DNA of 50,737 nucleotides, the filler included, from Circinaria calcarea (taxonomy: Eukaryota), in assembly GCA_051942165.1 (NCBI GenBank). It is 3 parts of 3 records of this genome, joined end to end, with 100 filler letters (N's around TTAATTAATTAA, not from the genome) between each part and the next. Parts side by side here need not be neighbours in the genome. Positions count along the whole stretch, not along the records: positions 33,923 to 50,737 come from JAVECS010000299.1; 2 more parts are not named here. The stretch is one strand, 5' to 3'. A program made the position numbers and the translations under genes. Under the pieces are notes generated by a model that was not told the origin of the DNA, made no database searches, and was given only the letters and a program-made list of their open reading frames with translations. Within the stretch, counting starts at the first letter, position 1. Each line of letters opens with the position of its first letter. Below are positions 35,725 to 48,313 of this stretch, in pieces.

Positions 35725-36887
35725 GTTGGAAGAGAGTATCTTAACTGACTGTGAAGCCTGAAGTAGAGGAAAAGAGGACTGTAAAGGCGTTTGCAATGAG
35801 CTGGTCAAGACCAGGTGGGTAAACCTAAGCCTGGAAATCGCAGCAATAGTCCGTAGTCACTTAGCCGGTGTTCTCTTTACGGCTGGTTCACTCTATATAT
35901 CAGCTTAGTGAATTCTCGGTGTGATGATTTATCACCGAGTCACTTTGTGTTGATAACACGTCAAGGCAACTGATTGTCCGAGTCGCTACCTTAATTACCT
36001 TTGCCAGTCTTACCGCCACTGGCGCGTTGCGGCGCCAATGAACCCTAACTCGCCTAAAAGTTCGAAGCACAAAATTGGGGTTTTGGGTCGCAACGCCCTA
36101 ACGCATTACAATTCGATCATCTCAAGAGACAGTCAGTTTTATTCAACATTACTTAACATGCATAGGATGTCCATACTCAGCCACGTTCTGTTTTGTGTGG
36201 AGCTGAAACATGCAAAAGAAGATATGCTAATAGGGGGTGGTTCTCCTCCAAACCTCCAGGTGCAACAAAAGTCTTTATTATTTATCTTTTCTAGATGAGA
36301 TCGCTCGCTGTATGTAAGCTCGCGGGGTTCTATAGAACGCTCTTTGGCGTGATCTGAGTTACCCCTTCCCGAAACCACGGTCGGTGTGGCAGGAACTGAC
36401 TTTGACGTAGCTCAAATGACAGCATTTTACTTCGTCATCGAGTAAAGTTTCGCTGGCCAACTCCTTAGAAGTTGAGCTTCCACTCTATCCTATGACTGCC
36501 TAGTCTGTCTACTCTCTCACTCAAATTTCAAGCATTCAACTGGACTTGGGGGCAAATGAAAATTCTCGGAGGACGAATGTGTTTTGCCAGCATCTGGGAA
36601 AGCGCTATGAGTCAGGGTTATGATACTTATGTGCTCATATCGGTTGATCTTGATAAATTTGCGCACAGACCTTTCAAATAGCAGGAACTCCGGTTCTAGC
36701 CGCCAGTGTGGCCAGCATCCCATATTCCATTATTCTCGTTGTAGACTCCGATTCAAAGCGGAGTCAGACTAGAGTTTCCATTCCGACCTTGAGCTAGCAG
36801 GAGGCGCAGATCCAAGGCCGGTATGAACACTGATAGAAACCTATCTCATGTCCAATGCTGGAAAGCTCACCTTCTTCGGGCGATCCC

Positions 36888-38100
36888 TCATTTTTCAGGA
36901 GCATCTGGGAGTCTTTCGATGACGTATTTGCCCCTTGCCACACTCATGATTGGGACACCAGGTATTTTGCGGATACGGCGTTTTAAATCTCTGTCGTTGG
37001 TAGCCACGATGTAGATCTTGTGCTTCATAACCCTATCGACAAGACAGTCGTCGGCATATACCCCTATACAGCCAAAATTAGCAGACTGGATTCGATCACA
37101 ACACCGATTTTCATAGTGCTCCGAGGAGTAAACGACGAGAATGATTGTGGGCCGGCCGTGAGGGATGGGAAAGATCTACCGGACCGGACCCCTTCAGGTC
37201 CGGGAAAAGAAACAACCAAAGAGTACGCGTAAGGGTGAGAGATAGATAGAAAAAGTTTCCTATGCCAGCAAGACGATGTTGTTACGCATCCTAACACCCC
37301 GAAGCTTTCATGTTCACTGCTTCACGAATAGGAGTTCATATGACGTGATCTAAACATGCTGCTCCATAATATTGAATCGTTATATTTGGACATACCTTTG
37401 TGATCGCATTTCAATCTCTCCCATCTCTCATCTCTGGCTATCCTAAGGGCTAAAAAAGACTTCAAGTCAGTAGTGCGCTATCTCGGTCTTGAGCCTGGAC
37501 ATCGCTAATGTCGTACCTATCCGATATTTCTGACCAAGCTTTTCGAGTTCCGCCATTACGCAGTCGGTAATCATTGGGTTGCACTTCGCATAGAGACAGT
37601 CCATCATGGTTGAGAGAAGTTCGAGCTTATGCTGGACGGTGTGGGATAGGAAATTGGTATCCACTAGAACGGAGTATGGTGGCACAAGAGCAGTGTTGTA
37701 CTGGAAGAATAGAGAGGAAGAGACTTGTGGTCTACCCTCCCATTAGCTCGTGACGACCTAGTCCAAGACAATTTAAAAGCATACATCTCTCGTATGACCT
37801 CGTCGCCTTTGGCTTTCCGCTTGCCCTCGAGCTCGCCTTTCGGTTGATTCTTCTTTCTAGGGAGCAAGGACGGTAAGCCCCAGTCAAAGCAGCATCAAGG
37901 GCCCCCGGCCGGATGATTGGCTTACAATCGACTATCCCTCTGACCAATGATCCTTTTGACCTGGGTACTATGAGAAAGGCCCACTGACGAAATGAACTAT
38001 GGACCCCGAACCTGGGCAAATTTCCTCGTTTTCTTTTGTACACTGGTTGAAGTCAGTATAAGCAAAGTCTAGATATGTGTTAGAATCCCATTTACCCCAT
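36888..38100 (-). CDS. FCF1: rRNA-processing PIN endonuclease Fcf1/Utp24
   Basis: Seven exons spliced to MGVQKKTRKFAQVKRIIGQRD..PPYSVLVDTNFLS..ITDCVMAELEKLG..CDHKGVYADDCLV..IVATNDRDLKRRIRKIPGVPIM..ERLPDAPEK*. Confidence 0.95.
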
Positions 38101-38666
38101 CTTGCCCTAATCTTCAGATTCTCAAAACAAAGTCTTTTGATATCTTCACAGCTCGTGGGGAGGTTCATGAACCAGTCTGTCGGGCTTTCGTGGGATGATT
38201 TTCCAGACTGCTCGGCCCGATCCGGTATCCGGAAGAAGTATTTTTAGATTTCCGCATCTGCGAACTTACCTTACCTTAGCGTGCGGGAAGATATTGGTCA
38301 TTGCCCAGGGGTGGCTGCAGCGTAACGAAGATCCTCCTCCGATACTCATCGCTCCGGTGTTTTTGGCATACTCACTCCTCGCCCTGGGAATTTTTGCGGA
38401 GGGATCATTTGTCGTTTATTGGGGCTGTGAGCAATCTTGTATAACCCCCGCTTCTCCAACTCCTACGTACATCTGAGAAAAAAGGTAGCCAGGCGCTGAA
38501 CGCGTAAGCAGGTTCGGGCCACCGGAAGAAACCTTTTGACGAGACAACAGCTCCTTACGCTACTATCTTGATCTGTTCTTCACAGACCAGAGGTAGTGGC
38601 CACAAATCGAATGTCGAGCAAGACCAACTAAAAAAGTTGTACTGTGCGCTTTGCGGAGACTAGACG

Positions 38667-39710
38667 ATGCAGTTCCTACGTGGACCACCCCTTTTCCCAA
38701 CACGCCTTCTGCTGATTTGTCTCCTCTTTCTCCTGAATGTTACGGCGCAAGGCCTTCCTCGACTCTCCAGCTCAAGAACAGATGGTGATCTACCAAAATT
38801 AACATCTACCACACAAGGCCCAACTCAGTCACAAAGCACGGCCTCGAATACCGACTCATCCAGCATCACATCAGCAGCCTCACTAAGCTCATCTTTGCCC
38901 GGGTTGTCTACCACAAGATATGACGGTCTAGGAAGCATTGCTCCTAAATTGAGCGGAGCCTACAGCTACCCAGCGCCTTCGGTCCCTCCGACAGCAAACG
39001 CCCCTTATATGCGTAGGTCACATCTCCCCGAAGGGACCATTTTCATTTGCGTCGGTGCGATCCTGGGCTTCTTCGGTGCGATACTCCTAGTTTGGCGAAG
39101 TCTTGTAGCCTGGTCATTACATCGAAAAGTACGACGTTCTGCGAATCCGAGATCGAAGAAATATGGTCGTTTGCGTAAGGATGACAAGGACAGCATCTTG
39201 AGAAATGCGGGGTCGCCTTTCTACAGCCACGGCCCAGGGTCAAATATGAGTATGGATCAGCTGGGCACTAGTGGAAAGACCGGGACAAAAGGACAGATCC
39301 CTAACAGCAGCCTTTTCTTCTCGCCAACAGCAGGCGTTAGTAATCACAAGCAGATGAATCGCGGATCCGGCTACCTGCCGGCAGGGTACTATGCTGCGGG
39401 TAATGCTGCACCGGGTGGAAGACCGATGTCCATGGCAGACATGGCGCCACAAAGCAAGGGATATACCAGGGCTAGTTCTGTCCGGCTAAGTCCGGACGCT
39501 TCGCCGAGCATATCGCCAAATCGAGGATACGACGTCCCTTATGGCAAGCAGAGCAATTCAAGGATTTCCACACAGGGGAGTTTAAGCACTCTCAATGTGA
39601 ACACACCATCGAAGGGCCGTGCACCAAGTGTATATCTTGACGACCTCTTCGAGAGCCATCAACCGGGCCAGACGCCTGACAGAAGGTCTGCTGGGGACCG
39701 GAGATATTGA
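38667..39710 (+). CDS. Csi2/Prm5-like single-pass (vacuolar) membrane protein
   Basis: Signal peptide, Ser/Thr-rich ectodomain, PEGTIFICVGAILG TM, LFFSPT, C-terminal RAPSVYLDDLF. Confidence 0.8.
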   Translation: MQFLRGPPLFPTRLLLICLLFLLNVTAQGLPRLSSSRTDGDLPKLTSTTQGPTQSQSTASNTDSSSITSAASLSSSLPGLSTTRYDGLGSIAPKLSGAYSYPAPSVPPTANAPYMRRSHLPEGTIFICVGAILGFFGAILLVWRSLVAWSLHRKVRRSANPRSKKYGRLRKDDKDSILRNAGSPFYSHGPGSNMSMDQLGTSGKTGTKGQIPNSSLFFSPTAGVSNHKQMNRGSGYLPAGYYAAGNAAPGGRPMSMADMAPQSKGYTRASSVRLSPDASPSISPNRGYDVPYGKQSNSRISTQGSLSTLNVNTPSKGRAPSVYLDDLFESHQPGQTPDRRSAGDRRY

Positions 39711-40149
39711 AGAAAAAATCAAATGGCTATCGCACTACGGGAGGCTTGGTGGATTCGATTCCTGTGCTTATTTCTGCTGTTCTGCATTGCGAGGATAGCG
39801 TGGTCGGGATACTTGTATTCTACTTGGTTGCTGTGCATTTGGGTTGGCGTTTCGGGATTTTCCTGGTTGACCATGGATGGCCTGTGCAGTATTCATCTCT
39901 TAGCCTGCAGTCGTATGTACATATTCAGCTGCGCTATGCAACTCTACGACGGCAGCGTGTCCCGCCAAAGGCATTCTATTCTTTATGGGACAATTGTGTC
40001 ATCAAATTTCTGCCTCGATGATGAAACCAATGGCGGTGTGAGGAGGAGCCCGGCTTCTAGTTATATACATCTCCAGTCACGGACAATGACAAACCTTCTT
40101 AATTAAGCTAATCACATTCTGACCTTTGTGAAAGTCACATCACTGCACA

Positions 40150-43100
40150 TGAAACTTAGAGGTATTCTCATGCAAACAACCATCATAACCCTCCGTCGCA
40201 CACGCTAGCACAAGCGAGTAGATTCTAATTACAACCTCCTCCATCTCACTCCCTCCCACTGTGCACCACATCCACGCGTTTTCACCTCCAAAAAACTCAT
40301 GCATATGGGCTTCGGTGAACAGCTTCTTAATTTCAATATCAACATTCTCTCACGCCTTCGATGATCAGAAGCTTCACTATCCTCGTATCTGTTCGACAAG
40401 GCAACCGAGTATGGCCCTCCACACCCTCGTCTCCAAAGATCTCATGCTGGTAGCCTCGGTGAATGAGACTTCCATGTACCTTGATCCTACTCTTGAATAT
40501 TCACCAACGTTCAACCCCATTGTGTGTTTGGCTCTTGCCGAATCTATGTCTCCCTTTGACGACAGGTGTGGTCTTGGACGCCGGAGCGCTAATAGGATCC
40601 GCGAGGCTGGGATGAATAGAATCGAATACTTGTGGCATGAAGTCCATTAGATTCTTGGACTACAAACCAAGGTATGTTTCCACTGTTCACTGGCTTTGGT
40701 GTACTTCCCCGATTCACGTTCGATCTCCGTTTCGATGGGCTGAGTTGAGCATTTTCAATGGCATATTGGGATGCTCCAATCCTACAGGTAATTCATTGTC
40801 TGAAGAGCTGCCCGATGCAGAAAAGTTATCTTGCGGTAGGAGATGTCGATAAAGGTAGAGATCAGCTTGACTTGGCGCTGTTGTTGGTCTGTTGCTCCAG
40901 TATACGGCCATCGTTCCTATATTGATTAGGTCTGAACAACTGTGGAATTATACCAAGTCGATCTTCAACTTCGCTATCCAGCGGGCAGAAGCGCAGCAAT
41001 CTTGTCTTACTTCCAGCTTATGCATTGCTACCTCTCTCTATTCGGTTATTTCATGTAGCTTAGCTAGCAGTTTTCCACCTGCATCGGGCCTGCCTCATTT
41101 CCCTTTGCATTAAACCGTTTCTCTCTCTGGTTGCGACTGGGTTTTCGGGCTCTTTAGGCTCACTGATGTGTGTTTTGCATAGTAAAGGCCAAGCCATTAA
41201 TTGCTAATAGTTCATGAGCTTGCAAGCCTCGTGTCGAAGTTGGAAATCGTCAATCATATATACTGCGTCATATGTGGATTCGAATGCTTTCATCCAGGAG
41301 AAAGACACCTCCTCCAAACCGCTGGCAATCTGCGGAGCCAAGCCCGCTTGAGTAACATGTGTGGATGCGCTGAGAGAGGCCCTCGCTCCAGATATTTGCT
41401 GAGATCCTTTGAGATTAAGTCCCCAAGTGTGATGTTGTTGACTTTGGAACTGAGAGAGCGGAAAGTATTATTGGCTGTAAACGGTGACTGTGTAACAGCA
41501 GATATTGAGTTCTCAATCCTCTGCTCTTTCCCTCTATCTTTTCTCTAACTTCTCTGATTCCTGCTATTGATATTGTTTTGGCCAGCTGTTACTTTCTCGG
41601 GGCTTTTGTTTTTCAACCTTATTTGAATACCGGTGGGTTTTTTAACCCTTTCGAAGCTAGATTCTGGTAAGCCGGATCCTCGCTCATAGCTAGATCATCT
41701 TGATCTCCCTCCGCTTGGGTAATCTTCCTCTCGTCCTCCGATCCCATTACTTCTTCATCCACAGCTGGGGAATGTCGTGTGCACCTTCTTTCGGACCAGG
41801 CCTTCATAGCGAACGATGTTCAATTCTTTCGTCTTTTCTTCGATGGGTGGGGTTTTTCTCCACTTGGCTTGTAAGATCGTTTAGGACGCTTATCCTCGTA
41901 ATCAGGGTCCTCATCTATTTCTCGGTTTTCTCGTCGGGTCTCCGCTTGCTTTGTCGCCGTCTCATCCTCCGATCCTGTCTCTTTCTTCATCCTCTTGTGG
42001 GGAATATGATTTATACCTTGTTTCGGACAAAGCATCAATAGCCAAATGTAGACCATTTGTGTACAGGTCTGTTCTCGCTCGTCGAACAGCTTAAGCTAAG
42101 TCCGTTATAGTGATCATGATTTTTGGCATAGGCTTATCCCTAGGTCTGGGGCAATCTTCTCATGCCCAAAGTTGCTTAAAGGGATGTAAAGATCCAATTC
42201 GTCATGAAGCATGCTGATATTGTATCCAGGACATAGACACCAAATCTCCCCAGCTCCCAATCCATTCTGGTAGCCTTCGCGCCCAGAGCCACAAGATGAT
42301 CCCTGACATGGCAGTGAAAGTGTGAAAGTGTGAAGGTGTGAAAGTATGTAAGTTCTGATTTGCCTTAACAAGATCAGGCTTGCCAATGTTTCCATATGGC
42401 GTTAAGTAACCGCCACCATCTTCTCCGGTTTCGTGAACCTCCAATCCACCGAGCAGTCCTGCTCAACCGAACTCATATATACATTGTTACCCGGAACATC
42501 CTTCTTCATGTATTTGTTAGAGGGGATTTTTGTGTGGTGTATATGGTGTGTGTGGTGTGTATAAGCGCGCGTGCACATCTGCAAAGTCCAAAGCTTGCTT
42601 GAGCATCCTGTGTTGAAGCATTGTGAAATGCAGTACACACAAGTATGTGACGGGTGGGCATGTTTGCTGCCGGTTTTCAGGCACCCAAACCTGCTCGAGC
42701 TCCTTGTGTTGAAGCATTGTGGAATGCAGTCCATACATGTTGCAATGTATATGCTGCCAGTCTTCGGGAGCCAGAACCTGCTTGAGCACCTTGTGTTGAA
42801 GCATTGTGGAATGCAATGCAGACGGGTGCGTGAAGTGTGTGCCTAGCTTTTGCTGGATGCTTTTATCCCACAACACCTCGGCCAATTCCAGGAATGCATC
42901 CTGCTCCTCGTACACCCGCGCTTGATCCGGGGAATGATGTGACAGTCCTCGTCAACCAAGAAGATTCAATTCCAAGGCTCTCCTCTCTGGCTTTGAATCC
43001 GGATAGGCGAGCACAAAACTTGGTGGGATCTCATATATAAGTTACCGGAGTACACTTCCAGTCAACCAATGACCGTTAGAGAACAGTCTTTATTAAGCTC

Positions 43101-44600
43101 GCGCTTTGAGAACAACTGAGTGGATATCCAACTCTTTAGTTTGCGCTTCCAAGTCCTTCGCTTTGCATCCTAATCTTGTCGTCAGATTCTAGTGGAATGA
43201 GGCGAAGGCGGAACAGTGTTCGAAGTGACATTGGTACGTCTATAAGTGGATAGATGGTGTCCTATCTGGGACCACTTGAAGGTAGGCTGAAGGTGGGTTT
43301 CGATGACAGAGATCCTTGATTGGAGTGTACCTCCAATGCTTTCACCAGGGAAGCTGTATACTCGGGCTTCATCGCGAGGAATCCTATCGACATTGTCCAA
43401 GTCGTCTTTGGCGTCGACCAGCGTCAACCAGGTGGCTCCTCTTACATGTCGGTACAGGCTATGAAGAGCGCTGCGGCTTCGTGGAGAAATCACTATGTGA
43501 CTTGAAGTGGAAGGTGTCGGTTGGAAGACTGTGATCAGGCGTCTTTGAAGGCTCTTTACCAAATCTGCTGGTATCCGTGGTCTGCCTGCAATCAGGCTCA
43601 GCACGGTTGTTGGTGTTCTGGCTGCCCTCTCTCCAAGCTATGGTTTCTTCCTGGTAAGTCTTCGGAATTTCCTTTGAGTCGACCGGCGCTCCTCTTATTC
43701 TCGATATCTCTAACCACAGTCACCTGCGGCTATACCCATCGCATGGCCTATTCATCACCCGCATGGCCTATTCATCACCATCCACTTGAAGATGGCCCTG
43801 ATGTCCCGTAGGTGGTTGCGCAGTTGTCCCTGAAAACTATGTCCAGAGGCAAGGCGAATCTCGCCGCACCAACAGGCATCACACAGAGAGTTTGGTATTC
43901 GTCATCCCAGATGGCTCTGAAAACCTCTTCACGACGTATCTCTGCAGCCGATCTCCAAAGCCGGCAGATAGAGCGAGAGGTACAAACGAGAGAAGTCAGA
44001 GCCACGTTGTCGATCCTTGCTTGTCTTAGGGGGAGTGACATCCCTGTTCAACAATCCAAGCAATGCGTCAGCCTCCCTCGCATTTCTTGAAGCAAACTCT
44101 TGTGATAGCCCTCGCTCTTGGTATTCGGTTGTTTTGGACCACGCTGTTGAGCTCCATCGTGGGATTCGGTATCTCTCAAGGGGTGTATCGCCTGGGCTCC
44201 ATGGATACGAGCATGCCCCATGTACCCGAAGAGGAGGATCTGCTGTGGGTTGAGCAGTCAGAGGAATCCAGCTTTCTGTTGCGAATTGCTTTATCGTCTT
44301 CATCCCTCTGGAGGGCATCAGCATAACGCATGATGCGGCTGATGTTGCGGTTGTTGTTGCGATCCTGATTGCGGATGCGCGGAAAGATGTTGGGTAGTCA
44401 AGAGGTGACTGTATGACTGGCTCAGAGATCTCTCTGTGTTGTGCCAGACGTGGCGTTGGCTCATATATAACATATGTGGCAAGGAGACGGTGGTCGAGTA
44501 AGGGATTGCTGCATAGGATGTTTTGTGATTTCAACAAGGAATCTCGTCTACGTTGTAACGACATCATCAGCGTGACTGGCACAAAGGCATGTTGTTATTT
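40150..44600 (-). pseudogene. Decayed coding remnants of unknown gene(s)
   Basis: Consecutive minus-strand ORF pieces in one frame separated by single stops (42056-41820 then 41807-41619), plus fragments at 43182-44582; no family recognised. Confidence 0.35.
42595..42825 (-). repeat. Three imperfect ~40-bp repeats spaced 96 and 87 bp, encoding a Cys-rich motif
   Basis: Core tgtgttgaagcattgtg at 42609, 42705, 42792; minus strand reads CI(P/S)QCFNT(R/G)(C/S)SS three times. Confidence 0.75.
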
Positions 44601-45490
44601 ATCTTACCTAAAGCTAACTAATCCTAACCTCCCAGGGTCGGGCAGTTGGGTGGCAGCTGTGTGATTGTGGTATCTCTCGCGGTAAGATATCTGTGTTGGG
44701 TATTGATTGTTTGCTGCGCTTTGTGCGAGTTAAGTCCCACGAGTTCTCTTACAAATGACGGTTTGTTCATCTCCCTTGTTCTAACATCCTCCAAACATGA
44801 CGTTTACCGTCAACTACCTATACCGAACGGTAGCGACCTCGTCGTCCATCTACCGATTCTCATACATTGGTGCAGTGGGGAGCTGCAATCCACGAAGACA
44901 TTCATTGTCGTAAGGAAGCACACTAACCGCAGAATGCTAGGAAGTTCTGGTCTGCTCCAGAACTACCCGCCACCTTTCAGAGGAGGATGCTGCTGCTTTG
45001 CCCTTGTTGGGAGGCAAGGAAGCATGATGGAGGAGATCCTTTTGGCTGGAAACGATTGGGTCAAGGTGCGTGCATTCACGCTGTAGTGCTTTTGCTTGAT
45101 GATTTGAGTGGTTTTGGGTATGGAACTTGTCACAGTTAAGTATATAAAAAGAAGACTGGTGATGTCGTATGAGTAGATCTGACTACAATAAGGGAGAATT
45201 TATGTGCAAGCAAGAAAGTTCTTCCCGTACAGGCTACTTGTTACTAGAGCGAGGCTGTGGGAGCCTTTCATATCAGGTGCCTATGCAAAGATGGCGGCAT
45301 CCTAGTAAGAGAACAGAATGGAAGAGTCTCTGAAGGTAAGCTATGCCCTGAGACGAAGTGTTTGATCTATGATTTTGTGTACTTTTAAGATATAAGAGAG
45401 TAATACGCACAGCCATGAGGAAGTGGAAAGATAAGGGTAACACTGCCAACGGACTTTTGAGGTGACTGGGATCCTAAAGGAGGCGCCTTG

Positions 45491-46081
45491 CTACGGTCTC
45501 GGCATCTTCAGCGCTTCCAGCGCCACCACCAACTCCCGTTTCTGACGATTGTCGTCCGCAGCAGTCAATCCCCACATTATCGTAAGGTTATCTGCAAACT
45601 CCACAGTAACCTTCCTGAGTCCGCGCACCGCTCGAAGCCTATCTATGCCTCTGGACCTCCGTATGGAACGGACCGCTCTTCGCTGACCACTCAAAGTCCG
45701 AGCATCGATTGTCAGATGGAGGTCTCTGAGTCCTGTACAGCCGACTAACATCACAGACGCTCTGTGTTGCTCGGCGCCATGGTACTGCACTCTGATTGAG
45801 CAGAGATGTTGGCGACGTCCTGGACTGACACTTTGGAGGAATTCAACCAGTGGCCTGCAGCTGTCGAAGGAGAAGGTGTTGTGCCTATAGTAGAGCGGCA
45901 GCGCTTCGTGATAGATACTGCTGGAGGCTGCTAGGAGGGTGGTGACTGGAAACTCCATCGTGTTGGTCTCTCTTGGTATGACATGGACTTCATCTCGTGG
46001 AAGAATGAGGTGGTGTTTGAAGATCATCAGGCGTAGCTCTGGAGGCAAGCGCATGATAGGAAAGGGTTGGTTGGATCTCAT
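45491..46081 (-). CDS. Fungal protein with F-box-like N-terminal motif (2EXR/DUF7730-like); probable upstream exon
   Basis: FPIMRLPPELRLMIF..LLAASSSIYHEALPLYYRHNTFSF; an intron-like GTAAGC..GCTAAC..CAG lies just upstream. Confidence 0.65.
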   Translation of the reverse strand: MRSNQPFPIMRLPPELRLMIFKHHLILPRDEVHVIPRETNTMEFPVTTLLAASSSIYHEALPLYYRHNTFSFDSCRPLVEFLQSVSPGRRQHLCSIRVQYHGAEQHRASVMLVGCTGLRDLHLTIDARTLSGQRRAVRSIRRSRGIDRLRAVRGLRKVTVEFADNLTIMWGLTAADDNRQKRELVVALEALKMPRP

Positions 46082-48102
46082 TGCTGGTTGTAAGTTAGCT
46101 TGAGAGGCTCAAATGACGAACGTAGGGCAGCTTACTCTTTCCTAGCTTCTGAATTGGGGATGAGACCCTCCAGAATATGTAATGAATCAACACACTGAAA
46201 GACTCATCGTGTTAGCTATCAGTGCATCGAGGTTACTTTCTGATTGAGACTACACAGAGAAGACAAGGGCGAAGAAAAAAGGACCAGAACTTACAGGAAC
46301 ATCCGGGAACCTATAGCATGACACGGAGAATATTTGTACCCTTCATCAATTTGCAAACATTTCTGAGCTTGCTGACTTTTATCCTGTGTAGGCTTCGTGG
46401 AGAGTAGTTTGAAGTAGGAGAAGAGCAGAGCGATGATTGAAGTTTAAAAGTCAAAGACTGAAAGTGTTGGATTACAAGATGTGTCGATGAAGGTGAATGC
46501 AGTGCTAGACTAGCTGCGGTCGATGAGCGAAATAGTGTTGAAGCCGAATCTGTTACCTTCTGGCGTCTTCACGACAATGCTGATACCTAGGACCCCATGC
46601 TCATTCCCCAGAGGCCACGCTGTCGACAAGAAATCACAACAAAGACACCTGCATTTGCATAGCTCTTCGAGGCTATCATGATGGTGGGGCCCATTCATGC
46701 ACAAAGCTCATATGATATATACCATGCTGCAAATGGAAAAGGACATCATTCTCACAGAACGTGTCTTGGAAATGGCCCTGGCACGAAGTATCAAGAGAGG
46801 TAAGAAAGGCCAGCTTCCATAAAGAATAAGATAGAAGGGCATGGTACTAGTTATACATGAAGCATGCCTTGAAAAGAAAGCAAGATGCCTATGTGACTTA
46901 GAAGTTTGGAGGGCATTGTGGGTCTTGGAAAAGAGACGTTCTGGGATGTCGGGATCTGGACCTTTATAGTACATAAGCGACCGCCGGGTAAGTCCTAGAT
47001 ACCATCATTCTCACAGGAGTGAATGAAGTGTTCACCAAACAGGCTTCTTTGAGACTGGCGGGGACAGGAGTGCACGGCCATTTGTGATGGCGCCCCTTGT
47101 GGAGATGTGTTCTCGATTTTGTGCACTTGCTTTCTTCGAGTCACCGTTGGATGTCACTGCGTTGTGCGTTGTCCATTGTAGGGGCTGAGTGCAATGGTCT
47201 TTGAGGATGATAGCTAATCTGCATGACAGAGCCCTTGTGGGGGCTTGCTCCGCGTATAGCGCAGCAAGCAATATCGAGAAAGATGGATGATTCGGGTGCA
47301 GAACCACAAGGCATTGCCCCAACAATCTTCGATTACCCTGGCTAATCAGCGCTCTTACTTCCCTTTCACGCATACCTTTCAAACCACCAACAGCCGATGC
47401 CCCACAACGATGCCACCTAGGACCGGTCAGAGTACCTTGGCTGTCTCCGGTCTTTCATCGACTTGCACAGGGTTTGATCATGGAGGCGAAATCAGACACA
47501 GTGGCAGCATCGACTAATCATTCCAACAGTCACTGAAAGGGCTGAATATAGCATCGAGGCTTACTTTTGAATCCCAGTTTTGCATATGATTATCTCGGGT
47601 AGAAAGCCTCTTTTGAACAGTAACTAGTCAATAGCAACATCAGGCTCCGTCACGTTACACTCGAGGACGCGGCCAATGTAAAAAGGGATTGAGAGTAGCA
47701 GATCATAGAGATCGTCCCCCTGAGTTCGCTTTATGCGCGGTTAGCATGACGAAGCCTTCAAAATGTATATGCCGGCTGTGGTATCCACCAGGAGGGTTAG
47801 AAAGTCTTATTGGTAGTGGACTGATGGCTCCTTGGACAAAGGGATTAGCTATACCAAGAATATTAAATCGCTATCGATACCTATAAGCTATGATGGCAAC
47901 CACGGATTCTTAGAATAGTAAACCGTTTTCATAGTTTCGAGATTAATTTCATCTAGATTGCGCATTGTACCCATTTACATAGGACGACAGTACTGTAGAG
48001 CTAATTAGATACAATGCGCGAGAGCGTAAAACCTATGATACACTGTCAAATGTGGAGAATTATCGAGGACGGCTAGGAAAATTTAACTTAATCGGTAATA
48101 AG

Positions 48103-48111
48103 TATATATAA
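48103..48111 (+). promoter_or_regulatory. TATA box of U6 gene
   Basis: TATATATAA 30 nt upstream of the inferred U6 start. Confidence 0.75.
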
Positions 48112-48153
48112 TTTTTAAGGATATCTTTTCTTGCCTTCGGGCATTTGGGTATG

Positions 48154-48164
48154 TGGTGCAATGG
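48154..48164 (+). promoter_or_regulatory. Pol III box A inside U6 intron 1
   Basis: TGGTGCAATGG matches TRGYNNANNNG at +22. Confidence 0.65.
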
Positions 48165-48303
48165 TAGAAATCAATGTGAATGTTGTACTAACTTCTTTCA
48201 GTCAATTTGAAACGATACAGAGAAGATTAGCATGGCCCCTGCACTAAGGATGACACGCTCAATCAAAGAGAAGGTTAGTCATCCATATCTTTCGGTAGTC
48301 ATA

Positions 48304-48313
48304 GTTCGAATAC
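48304..48313 (+). promoter_or_regulatory. Pol III box B-like element inside U6 intron 2
   Basis: GTTCGAATAC, one mismatch to GTTCRANYC, overlapping the branch site. Confidence 0.6.

Noticed and set aside
35921..35973. Box C (GTGATGA) ... box D (CTGA) snoRNA candidate
   Set aside because: Only ~53 nt, box C lies inside a local hairpin, and no rRNA-complementary guide was recognised.
36041..36049. AACCCTAAC as a telomerase RNA template
   Set aside because: It is base-paired within a long hairpin, the intergenic space (~1.1 kb) is short for a Pezizomycotina TER, and no pseudoknot or CR4/5 could be identified.
42595..42825. CRISPR-like repeat-spacer pattern
   Set aside because: Eukaryotic DNA, no cas genes, imperfect repeats, related spacers and codon-multiple spacing all point to a coding repeat.
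48152..48170. tRNA gene suggested by the D-arm-like GTGGTGCAATGGTAG and downstream GTTCGAAT
   Set aside because: No cloverleaf can be formed; the elements are 150 nt apart inside U6 introns and are better read as Pol III boxes.
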